Shown: one piece after another, positions 56,619 through 64,000 of the stretch
Numbering within the stretch: the stretch's first letter is position 1
How the letters are laid out: every line of letters begins with the position of its first letter
Virus genome (UHGV): UHGV-0140522
Direction: 5' to 3' (one strand)
Length of the DNA stretch: 64,000 bases
DNA from: a virus
Notes under the pieces: model-generated
Databases searched by the model: none
Told to the model about the DNA's origin: nothing
The model's input: only the letters and a program-made list of their open reading frames with translations
Program-made: the position numbers and the translations under genes

Positions 56619-57770
56619 TTACCTTAAGTTTGCTTTGAAAAATTGCTCAAATTTGGCAAATGGGATCTTACCCGCAACGTTGTCGTACAGATCAACATGG
56701 TTTGCCCCAGGGACAATCACTAACTCTTTCTCTTTGCTGCCGATTGCCTTAAAGGCATCTTCAGCAAAATAGCGTGAATGGGCTTTTTCGCCGGTCACGA
56801 TGAGTGTAGGGATAGTAACTTCATTGGCGTAACTCAGCAGCGGCATATTCATAAATGACAGCGGCATGGTTGCGTTCCAGGCACCGGTTGAGTTGACCGA
56901 ACGCTCATGGAAACCACGCGGCATGCGGTAATAATCAAAGAACTCTTTCAATACTGGGTTAGGATTCGCGGGCAGAGTTTCCGGCAGAATACGATCGGAA
57001 GCGGTGACGTTGCCCTTCTCATCAACATAAATGTCATGCCCGCCTGGCGCGAAAGCGCCATTTTCCGCATCCTTCCAGCGCTGCGTGTTCAGATACTGCA
57101 ATACGGCACGACGATCGGCAGTGGTATAGCGGTCTTTGCCATCGCCCACGCCATGCCCCATCGCACGGCTCATGTCATACATCACGCTGGTCGCCACCGC
57201 CTTGACACGCGTGTCCATCGCGGCGTCGTTTAAGGCCATGCCGCCCCATCCGCAGATACCGAGCAGCCCGATACGGTTGCGATCCACCTCTTTTTGCAGG
57301 CCTAAGAAATCAACCGCCGCGCTGAAATCCTCGGTGTTGATATCCGGAGATGCGACGTTGCGCGGGTAGCCGCCGCTTTCGCCCGTGTATGAAGGGTCGA
57401 AAGCCAGAGTGACAAATCCCTGTTCAGCCAGCGTCTGCGCATACAGGCCGCTGGATTGCTCTTTCACCGCCCCGAAGGGGCCGCTAACAGCAATAGCTGC
57501 CAGCTTGCGATCACCACGATCCTTCGGGATGTAGAGATCCCCGACTAAGGTGATCCCGTATCGGTTCGGAAAGGTCACCTTACGGTGATCAACTTTCGTG
57601 CTCTCAGCAAAAGTTTTATCCCATTTTTCGACCAGCGAAACGGGCGCGTTCGGATTGGCTGTATCAGCGTAACTCATATTTGTGACTCCACTTAATGATG
57701 CGCATAACAACAGGGCGGGTATCGCAGTTGTCAATTTTTGGGTGAAAGCAGTCATCAAAATCCCCTTCAT
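56619..57770 (-). CDS. secreted alpha/beta hydrolase (dienelactone-hydrolase-like)
   Basis: Signal peptide (MKGILMTAFTQKL…ALLLCASLSG). A GxCxWG nucleophile-elbow-like motif (LLGICGWGG) is present. Confidence 0.65.
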   Translation of the reverse strand: MKGILMTAFTQKLTTAIPALLLCASLSGVTNMSYADTANPNAPVSLVEKWDKTFAESTKVDHRKVTFPNRYGITLVGDLYIPKDRGDRKLAAIAVSGPFGAVKEQSSGLYAQTLAEQGFVTLAFDPSYTGESGGYPRNVASPDINTEDFSAAVDFLGLQKEVDRNRIGLLGICGWGGMALNDAAMDTRVKAVATSVMYDMSRAMGHGVGDGKDRYTTADRRAVLQYLNTQRWKDAENGAFAPGGHDIYVDEKGNVTASDRILPETLPANPNPVLKEFFDYYRMPRGFHERSVNSTGAWNATMPLSFMNMPLLSYANEVTIPTLIVTGEKAHSRYFAEDAFKAIGSKEKELVIVPGANHVDLYDNVAGKIPFAKFEQFFKANLR

Positions 57771-57925
57771 AAAACGTGCCAGAAACAGGTTTCCTACGGA
57801 CAACGCTGCTGTGCTTTGTTGCAATGCGCACATTATAGTTAGCAGAAATAGTACTGATTAGAGGGTGAAAAATGCTAAGATTGATAACATATTGTTCTGA
57901 ATTGTGATGCGGCAGCAGGGGAAGG

Positions 57926-58813
57926 ATGATGGCGAAACGGGAAAACTATAACGATCTCTATCTGTTTATGCAGGTCGTGCGAGAAGGGAGTTTTACTGCC
58001 GCCGCGCAGAGGCTTGGCCTGGCGCAGTCAGGAATTAGTCGTGCAGTGCGCGAGCTGGAAGAACGACTGGGCGTGCAGCTTCTGGTGCGTACCACGCGCA
58101 AGTTATCGCTCACCCATGCCGGCGAGTTGCTCTATCGAACCGTCGAATCTGGATTTGACGCTTTAGATATGGGGCTTGCCACGCTGGCCCATTATCGCCA
58201 TACCCCATCGGGTACGGTCCGTATTAATGCCAGTCAGCACGCCATTGATAAAGTGCTGCTGCCGAAGCTGGCGGTGTTTAAACAACGCTACCCAGATATT
58301 CGGCTGGAGCTCATCAGCGAAAGCCGGTTTGTCGATATTATTGCTGAGCGCTTCGATGCCGGTATACGTCTGGGCTCGGAAGTAGGTAGCGGTATGGTCG
58401 CTGTGCGCATTTCGCCCGATATGGAGATGGCCATTGTCGGCACGCCCGAGCACTTTCGTCGCTACGGATTTCCGCAAACTCCCTCCGATTTAGTTATTCA
58501 TCCCTGCATCGCTTACCAGTTTGGAGACGGCAGCCTGTATGCATGGGAACTCAATCAAGACGGTAAAAAGATAACCCATCAACCTCAGGGACAATGGGCC
58601 TTTGCTGACAGCTATATGGAAGCCAAAGCCGCCCGGCTAGGCCTGGGACTGGCTTATGTTCCGGAGGAATTAGTTTCTGATGATATAGAACAGGGGGCGC
58701 TGATCAGAGTTTTGCAATGCTACAGTCAGCGCCTGGAAGGTTCATATCTCTATTATCCGCACCGCAATGTGTCACCCGCTCTAAGAGCGGTTATCGATAC
58801 ATTGAGAATTTAA
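57926..58813 (+). CDS. LysR-family transcriptional regulator
   Basis: N-terminal HTH (…FTAAAQRLGLAQSGISRAVRELEERLGVQLL…) and a C-terminal substrate-binding domain. The gene is divergent from the hydrolase gene. Confidence 0.85.
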   Translation: MMAKRENYNDLYLFMQVVREGSFTAAAQRLGLAQSGISRAVRELEERLGVQLLVRTTRKLSLTHAGELLYRTVESGFDALDMGLATLAHYRHTPSGTVRINASQHAIDKVLLPKLAVFKQRYPDIRLELISESRFVDIIAERFDAGIRLGSEVGSGMVAVRISPDMEMAIVGTPEHFRRYGFPQTPSDLVIHPCIAYQFGDGSLYAWELNQDGKKITHQPQGQWAFADSYMEAKAARLGLGLAYVPEELVSDDIEQGALIRVLQCYSQRLEGSYLYYPHRNVSPALRAVIDTLRI

Positions 58814-58819
58814 GGGATA

Positions 58820-59439
58820 AAGATGAGGTGGTTCGCAGGCCTGGGTAATAGTTGGAAAACAACGTCCGCTCCTGGCACATTGAAGACATTACGATGGGCG
58901 ATTTTTCCCCTCACGCGTGTGCGTAAATATTAAAATTTTTTCTAGAAAAGAAAAACTTACTTCCCAGAACAGGTTTTAATAAAACCTGAACTGAACGAAC
59001 GAAGTGAGTGAAGTTCACCTCGAACGAAGTGAGAGGTTGTCTTTTCAGGTAATACTCTCCCAGGGAGGTGAGTACAAAATTCCCTCACCAACCTGGTCGT
59101 TACATAACCTGAAAAGTTATGACCTAAGTCTACTGCCAGCTTAGGCTTGGGAAGTTATGGATGACAGCACCCCAGAACCGAGATCTTCCCACACTTTATG
59201 AAGGGGAGTACTGGATTCAACCTCTCGAAACACTCCAGACTCGACAATCATAAAGTGACCTTTCTCTCTGCCCACTTTGGTTCCCCCTTCCCCAACCCCT
59301 AAACGGTGCTGGTTCTACGCTGGTAGTGAGCTTTTTTAAACCTGACGCCAGTGACGCTATCCCCCACCCATCAGGTCGAGCTGCCGGAATCAATCCGGAA
59401 AGCGGGTAGATTTTATCACTGGCGATCTGCGTTTTAAAT
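58820..59439. other. structured non-coding region of about 600 bp
   Basis: No ORF. It contains several short inverted repeats (gtgaag-ttcac, ctccc-a-gggag, ggtgag…ctcacc) and a duplicated cgaacgaagtgag. Confidence 0.4.
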
Positions 59440-59455
59440 GGTAAGTACTTACCGA

Positions 59456-59686
59456 TTATTTCGATTGATTATTTTCTCGACCATGAAGCTGGACGTTCAG
59501 GGCAAACACCTCATTGATGAGTTCCCCTAACAGCTGCTCGACCAGCTCTTTGTGCTCACCTGAGTGAAGGCACTTGAGCGACCATTCGTAGAGACTGAAA
59601 GCCTTATCGCGATCTTTCATCATGTCGCGTACTTTGGTCAGAAAATCGCTCTCAACGAGCGCTACGACGTTCGTCGGGTATACCAT
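59456..59686 (-). CDS. hypothetical protein (76 aa)
   Basis: ORF only. Confidence 0.35.
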   Translation of the reverse strand: MVYPTNVVALVESDFLTKVRDMMKDRDKAFSLYEWSLKCLHSGEHKELVEQLLGELINEVFALNVQLHGRENNQSK

Positions 59687-59802
59687 GATAGTTTTCCTTA
59701 CTGTGGTTCATAAAATCGATTCTAGAGCGTCTGGAGAGGGGTTCCAGTGGGTTCTGGAGGTGTAAAACGGTCTGGGAGTTGTTTGGAAATCACGTCTTAA
59801 AA

Positions 59803-59888
59803 AGCCTGCGTCTGTATATATTAATAATTAGTACTTAGTTATTTATATATACGGAAGCAGGTTCTCAAACTAACTCCCAGACTGGTGT
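59803..59888. repeat. hairpin element copy C, immediately 3' of the dam gene
   Basis: cctgcgtctgtatatat - loop taataattagtacttagttattt - atatatacggaagcagg, followed by the tail tcaaactaactcccagact. Confidence 0.55.
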
Positions 59889-60506
59889 TTACGCTGCCTT
59901 TTTACGTGGTCTCTTCTTCCTGACAACATTGGCAGGATCATAACCACCCAGCTTTTTCATCACCGCCAGCGGTATCTTGCTGATGGTGTGCCCAGCTTCC
60001 TGACAGTAGCCACGGAAGATAAGCAACATGCTACCACCAGGGTTGATGTTCACCTCCACCAGCCCAAGTTCAACATCCGGCTCAACGAACGCCACGCGGC
60101 CGCCAGACAAGATGACGGTTTCGTTGGCGCATTCAGCCGCACGCTCGTACCACTGCGTATCGAGGGATTGTGGTATCAACATGACTGTCGTCACTCCACG
60201 CGCCTGCTCGCGAATGGCTGCGTCTATCCAGGGGGTGATTTTGGAGTAGGGCGGGTTAAGGAACGCCACAGTGCCAGGTTCTCCCCAGCTGCACTTGAGC
60301 GCATCACGCTCAACACCGATAAAGTTCGGCAGGAGGGCATTATCTTTGTTGCAGGCGACGTCCACATCGAACTTTACGCCTATGTAACGTTGGATGGCGA
60401 CAAACAACCACTGCGGTGTGCGCCAAAGGTCGCGAAGAGAGGCATCACGCTCTCGCTTTTTGATTTTTTCGGCTGCGATCATTACTTTGTTCTGATAGGT
60501 AAACAC
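59889..60506 (-). CDS. dam: phage Dam-type N6-adenine DNA methyltransferase
   Basis: NPPY motif (AFLNPPYS) in a protein of about 200 aa. The start is uncertain (GTG at 60506 or ATG near 60480). Hairpin element copy C lies immediately 3'. Confidence 0.8.
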   Translation of the reverse strand: MFTYQNKVMIAAEKIKKRERDASLRDLWRTPQWLFVAIQRYIGVKFDVDVACNKDNALLPNFIGVERDALKCSWGEPGTVAFLNPPYSKITPWIDAAIREQARGVTTVMLIPQSLDTQWYERAAECANETVILSGGRVAFVEPDVELGLVEVNINPGGSMLLIFRGYCQEAGHTISKIPLAVMKKLGGYDPANVVRKKRPRKKAA

Positions 60507-60667
60507 TTACCTATTTTTTCATTTAATCCAACGGATAGCAAACAAAGAAGAACGCGCCAGATCCGCAAACGGGAAGCTCTCTGGCGCGTTTTATCGATGC
60601 TGGGTATGCGATTAGCTTACCCAGCGTCCTAAAGCTCTCAGGGGGCTTTAGATCGGGTAGGGGAACA

Positions 60668-61510
60668 TCATCCAATGGAATACTCCGCTATGAATTTTTT
60701 GACGATCGGCGACTCTTTATTAAGGGTTAGATTTCCACCTTCCCTGGTGGCAATGCCAGTAGCTGGAAACACAGCCATCATCTGGCCAGCCTGAGTCGAA
60801 GCGGTGTTGAGCGGATATGGTTTTTCCGGGTTGCTCATTAGCGCCAGTTTAATGCTATTGCTGGTCGCCGTGTTCGCGTCAAGGATATGGCGCATTGCGA
60901 TTACCGTGTAGACGCTGATTTCCGGCCCACCACTAAACCAGTTCAAAAGGTTTAAGATCTTGTCTTTCGCTTTGACTGGCGCCCCTTCGAATGCGGCAGT
61001 AAAGCTCTCACTTTCCAGACCGGCTGTCGCATAGAACGATTCGTCCTTACCTTCCAGCGTGAAGCGAGGTTTGGCCGGTGTACGCTCTGATTTTGCCTTC
61101 TGGCGTTTTGGCTGCTCTTCTTCAGGTTTAGGCTCTGACGCCACTGAAGGTAAAGGGGTTGGATCTGTACCGGTAGTCTCAGTACTTCGAGCGTCAAGTT
61201 CAGGCGCTGTCTCGTTCACTATCTCCGCAACAAGGTCACGCTCTGGTTCCTCGACCTTCACCGATTCGTGCTCAATCTCAAGTTCTTCCAGAACGCTACT
61301 CAGATCGCCGGTAGAGCTGGCATTCATGACTTCATCCGCCACCGCCTCGACTGGTTTTGCGATTGCATCATCCAGACCAGAGAGAAGATCGTCTATCTCG
61401 TCGACCCCGCTCATTTTCGCAGCTTTCTGAACTGGTTCGTCGAGAGATTGCAGCATTGCAGTCAGTTCGTCCAGGTCATCGTTTTTAACAGTGTTTGTAA
61501 CTGCGCTCAT
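60668..61510 (-). CDS. acidic hypothetical protein (about 280 aa)
   Basis: Start at MSAVTNT with an AAGGAG RBS. The N-terminal half is highly acidic. Confidence 0.4.
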   Translation of the reverse strand: MSAVTNTVKNDDLDELTAMLQSLDEPVQKAAKMSGVDEIDDLLSGLDDAIAKPVEAVADEVMNASSTGDLSSVLEELEIEHESVKVEEPERDLVAEIVNETAPELDARSTETTGTDPTPLPSVASEPKPEEEQPKRQKAKSERTPAKPRFTLEGKDESFYATAGLESESFTAAFEGAPVKAKDKILNLLNWFSGGPEISVYTVIAMRHILDANTATSNSIKLALMSNPEKPYPLNTASTQAGQMMAVFPATGIATREGGNLTLNKESPIVKKFIAEYSIG

Positions 61511-61638
61511 TTTTAACTCCTTATGTTTTCGTTGGTGCGTTTCCGCGTTTTGGTTGAGCGTATTTTGGCAAAACCTATCAGGCGGAAAAGTCATAATTAC
61601 AGGCAGTTAGAAGAACTGAAGGCAAAGAAAAAGCGCCA

Positions 61639-62196
61639 TCAGGCGCTTTCGAATGGGAGTTTGAAGAAGCCGTATTTCTCTCGGGCTTTGAAGAAACACT
61701 GCATCATCAGGTCAGTATCGTAGAGAGCGCTGTGGGCCTTCTCACGGTCGTAAGTGAACCCAAGTGAGAACGCCAGCTCTTCCAGGCGTGGGCGCTTCCC
61801 ATCCTCGGTAGCCCACAAGCCATCCAGCATGGAGTCAACCAGAGGGATATCTGGCAATTTCACCCCATAGCTACCGAACTCGTGGCGAATGAACGGAAGG
61901 TCAAAAGCCTCTCCGTTATGGGCGACTAACGCGCTACATGCGCCCATGTACGCAGCAATCTTGCCTGCGTGGTCAGCCAGTAGCGGTTCCGTCGCCAGAT
62001 CTTCCAGTGAAATGCCATGCACTGCCTGCGCCTTCGGATCTATGCTTCGACGCGGGTTGAAGCGCATCTCAAGGCTGTCGATGTGCTTCTGGGTTTCCAG
62101 TTCATAACGGGTTATCGCGATTTCGATAATTTTGTGGCCGGATGTGAAGTCCAGCCCTGTGGACTCAATATCGACGCCACCGACAATCGTGGTCAT
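61639..62196 (-). CDS. DnaQ-like 3'-5' exonuclease (DEDDh)
   Basis: Exo I motif (VDIESTGLD), Exo II motif (HNGEAFDLPF) and Exo III-like motif (HSALYD). Confidence 0.75.
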   Translation of the reverse strand: MTTIVGGVDIESTGLDFTSGHKIIEIAITRYELETQKHIDSLEMRFNPRRSIDPKAQAVHGISLEDLATEPLLADHAGKIAAYMGACSALVAHNGEAFDLPFIRHEFGSYGVKLPDIPLVDSMLDGLWATEDGKRPRLEELAFSLGFTYDREKAHSALYDTDLMMQCFFKAREKYGFFKLPFESA

Positions 62197-62205
62197 TCGT
62201 ACTCC

Positions 62206-62625
62206 TTACAGCTTCTTCGCGCCTTTCAGCAGTGCGCCACGCACAAACTGAGCAGCCTTTTTCAGTGCGTCCTCGCCACTTTCACAGACGACCGGCTCGC
62301 GCCATTCGCCCGTTGATGTGTTGAGGATCTGGATTTGGTTGGTCTCCAGGCAAACGGACACGTACAGAACCGTACCGCCTGAGAGTTTGAGGTGCATAGG
62401 AAACAGAGGGCGCTTGGTGCCGCCATTGAACTGCGACATCGCCACATTGATGGCTTCGCCAACCTCTTCCCCAACAAGCCCTTGAACGGACTCAAACACT
62501 GCGCGGATAGCCAGACGTGCTTCACGTTCACTCATCAAAGAGCGGGATTGTTCGTCAGCAATGCGGATCAGTGCTTCAATCGCTTTACGATCTAATTCAT
62601 CCGAGAGGGGAAGTTCGTCTATCAT
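62206..62625 (-). CDS. hypothetical protein (139 aa)
   Basis: ORF, with tight spacing to the upstream gene. Confidence 0.4.
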   Translation of the reverse strand: MIDELPLSDELDRKAIEALIRIADEQSRSLMSEREARLAIRAVFESVQGLVGEEVGEAINVAMSQFNGGTKRPLFPMHLKLSGGTVLYVSVCLETNQIQILNTSTGEWREPVVCESGEDALKKAAQFVRGALLKGAKKL

Positions 62626-62688
62626 TCTGTTTTTCCTCGATTCATTTCGCGTGTCTTATTGTCACACTGCCCAACAGGGGAGCAACAT

Positions 62689-63333
62689 TCAGTGGAAGGT
62701 CACTCGTCCTGTTATACGGCGCTCGATGTTTTCAGCGGCTCTGTCCAGCACTCGCAATACCGATCTGGCTCGCGCTTCAACCGTGCGGCACTTTTCAGAA
62801 ATAACGAACACCTGCAGATCGCCGGTTTGGGGAAGCGTGTTGATTTTCGTCAGCTCACCGCACATAAGTGCATCGATGCGAGCAACATAGAGACGGTCAA
62901 GCGATCCTCGCTGGGGACGCGCGAGATCTTTGCTGGAAAGCTCAACGCCCGGGCGAAGACCCGCGATAGCATTGAAGTTGGAAATGGCCGCTTTGTGGCA
63001 AAACTGCTCAATGTCGAGAGCCAGCTCGATGCAGCGGTCTTCGTTGGTCTGGCCGACCAGGTCAAGCGTATAAGCCATGACATCGGCTGGCGTGCGGTCG
63101 ATAACAAAACCTTCAACGCCGCGGGTGATCATCTCGATGTGTCTGGCAATCTCCATCTGAACCTGAAGACGTTCGTAAAGGGGCAAACGCTCGCCAACCT
63201 TCACCCCCAGACTGCTCATCAGCTTGCCAACGCCGGCATCCACATACGGAATGCCATAATGCGCATCGATGTACCTTGCCAGGGTTGTTTTTCCACTGCC
63301 CTGTGCGCCAGTGATTCCAATCCGGTAATCCAT
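62689..63333 (-). CDS. P-loop nucleoside/nucleotide kinase-like protein
   Basis: N-terminal Walker A (GITGAQGSGKTT). Its size fits small kinases. Its start overlaps the DHFR stop. Confidence 0.5.
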   Translation of the reverse strand: MDYRIGITGAQGSGKTTLARYIDAHYGIPYVDAGVGKLMSSLGVKVGERLPLYERLQVQMEIARHIEMITRGVEGFVIDRTPADVMAYTLDLVGQTNEDRCIELALDIEQFCHKAAISNFNAIAGLRPGVELSSKDLARPQRGSLDRLYVARIDALMCGELTKINTLPQTGDLQVFVISEKCRTVEARARSVLRVLDRAAENIERRITGRVTFH

Positions 63334-63809
63334 TACGACCTTCTGTATACGATCTGCAAAAAGCCAGACTCATCCTCATTTGCACGTTGGGTATAAGCCG
63401 TTTCGACTGGTACGAACCCTAAAGAACGCATCATTGGCGCCGGGAAGAACGCATCCGCGCCCGGCACATCCACGCCAATATGCGACAGCCAGATCTCTTC
63501 TACGTGTGGCATAAAGAGCGAGTAAATCTGCCCGCCACCAATCACCCAGACCGGATCTGGTAGTCTCAAAACGTCATCGATGCCAGCGGGGTAGAACCCA
63601 TTGGGGATATAGCCACGAGAGCGCGTCAAAACGAGGTTATGGCGCTCTGGCAGCGGGCGTTTAAGACTTTCCATCGTCTTACGTCCCATCACGACAGTGG
63701 CGTTTTTGGTGAGTTGTTTGAACAGTTTCAGATCGGTCGGGCAACGCCAGGGAAGTTCGTTGCCAATGCCGATTTCATAGTTGCGGCCGACAGCTGCAAT
63801 CATCTTCAT
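63333..63809 (-). CDS. folA: dihydrofolate reductase
   Basis: DHFR motifs IAAVGRNYEIG…LPW…DLKLFK…VVMGRKTMESL…RPLPER.NLVLTR. The 158-aa size fits DHFR. Confidence 0.85.
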   Translation of the reverse strand: MKMIAAVGRNYEIGIGNELPWRCPTDLKLFKQLTKNATVVMGRKTMESLKRPLPERHNLVLTRSRGYIPNGFYPAGIDDVLRLPDPVWVIGGGQIYSLFMPHVEEIWLSHIGVDVPGADAFFPAPMMRSLGFVPVETAYTQRANEDESGFLQIVYRRS

Positions 63810-63811
63810 TG

Positions 63812-64000
63812 GCTTACCTCATAGATGGTTGGTCGCTGGTGAGAATCTGCCAGCGCAGAACGCAGACGCGGATCGTGAACCAGTGCGGCGATAAGTAAGT
63901 CGCCTTTGTGCTCTGCCAGCGTGCGCTTGATATGGGTTTCAAAACTGACACCGCGCGGAACCAGGTGGAGCCAGTCATAATCAATGCCGAAGTCCTTCAG
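63812..64000 (-). CDS. 3' end of an unidentified gene (overlaps the DHFR start by ATGA)
   Basis: Open minus-strand frame ending …SHQRPTIYEVSQ*. It does not match the ThyA C-terminus. Confidence 0.3.

Noticed and set aside
63812-64000. Partial gene upstream of DHFR considered as thymidylate synthase
   Set aside because: Co-location with DHFR suggested ThyA. The translated C-terminus (…DFGIDYDWLHLVPRGVSFETHIKRTLAEHKGD…) shows none of the conserved ThyA C-terminal motifs, so it is left unassigned.
1-64000. Integrase, att sites, tRNA genes, transposases
   Set aside because: I looked for tyrosine/serine recombinase motifs, tRNA-like cloverleaf signatures (T-loop GTTCRANYC) and transposase ORFs. 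None was convincing in this window.

Overview
This window is a densely packed enterobacterial siphovirus genome of about 50% GC. Almost every gene is on the minus strand. Reading left to right, I see the following, all from sequence only.

- **Replication and maintenance, left end:** the 3' end of a DnaB-like helicase gene, a KAP-type P-loop NTPase in a very AT-rich block, a ParA/ParG-like partition pair, and a DUF1778–GNAT (TacA/TacT-like) toxin–antitoxin pair.
- **Tail module:** a complete lambda-like tail set (U, V, G/T, tape measure, M, L, K, I, J-like proteins). It is followed by a long tail fibre with Ala-rich fibre repeats and a C-terminal S74 intramolecular-chaperone domain, a Gly-rich tail protein, two tail-anchored membrane proteins and a cor-like lipoprotein.
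- **Head module:** non-lambda head genes, including TerS, TerL, portal, scaffold, a 291-aa major capsid protein and a Big_2 decoration protein.
- **Six-gene operon:** a translationally coupled minus-strand operon (ParB-like, ParB-like, soluble ABC-type ATPase, 84-aa protein, GNAT-like protein, winged-HTH regulator) that diverges from an SF2 DEAH helicase gene.
- **Early region:** many small genes, including several acidic proteins, a lipoprotein and a 4-TM protein. Each has a copy of a conserved promoter/leader element.
- **Methylases and cargo:** two NPPY-motif N6-adenine methyltransferases (one Dam-like, one with a roughly 380-aa N-terminal extension), and a three-gene island of bacterial-type genes (MFS transporter, secreted alpha/beta hydrolase, LysR regulator).
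- **DNA metabolism, right end:** a DnaQ-like exonuclease, a P-loop kinase and DHFR.

Several recurring sequence elements are not explained by coding:

- a roughly 14-copy palindrome, GGTAAGTACTTACC, found only in intergenic gaps;
- a roughly 13-copy early promoter/leader element carrying the palindrome AAACAA-N-TTGTTT;
- a three-copy hairpin of about 60 bp, each copy sitting immediately 3' of an accessory gene;
- two repeat-rich (iteron-like) non-coding regions.

The partition system, toxin–antitoxin pair, bacterial cargo and DNA-metabolism genes together suggest a phage-plasmid lifestyle of the SSU5/pHCM2 type. That is an inference, not a demonstrated identity. Coordinates of hand-located motifs are approximate, within a few bp.
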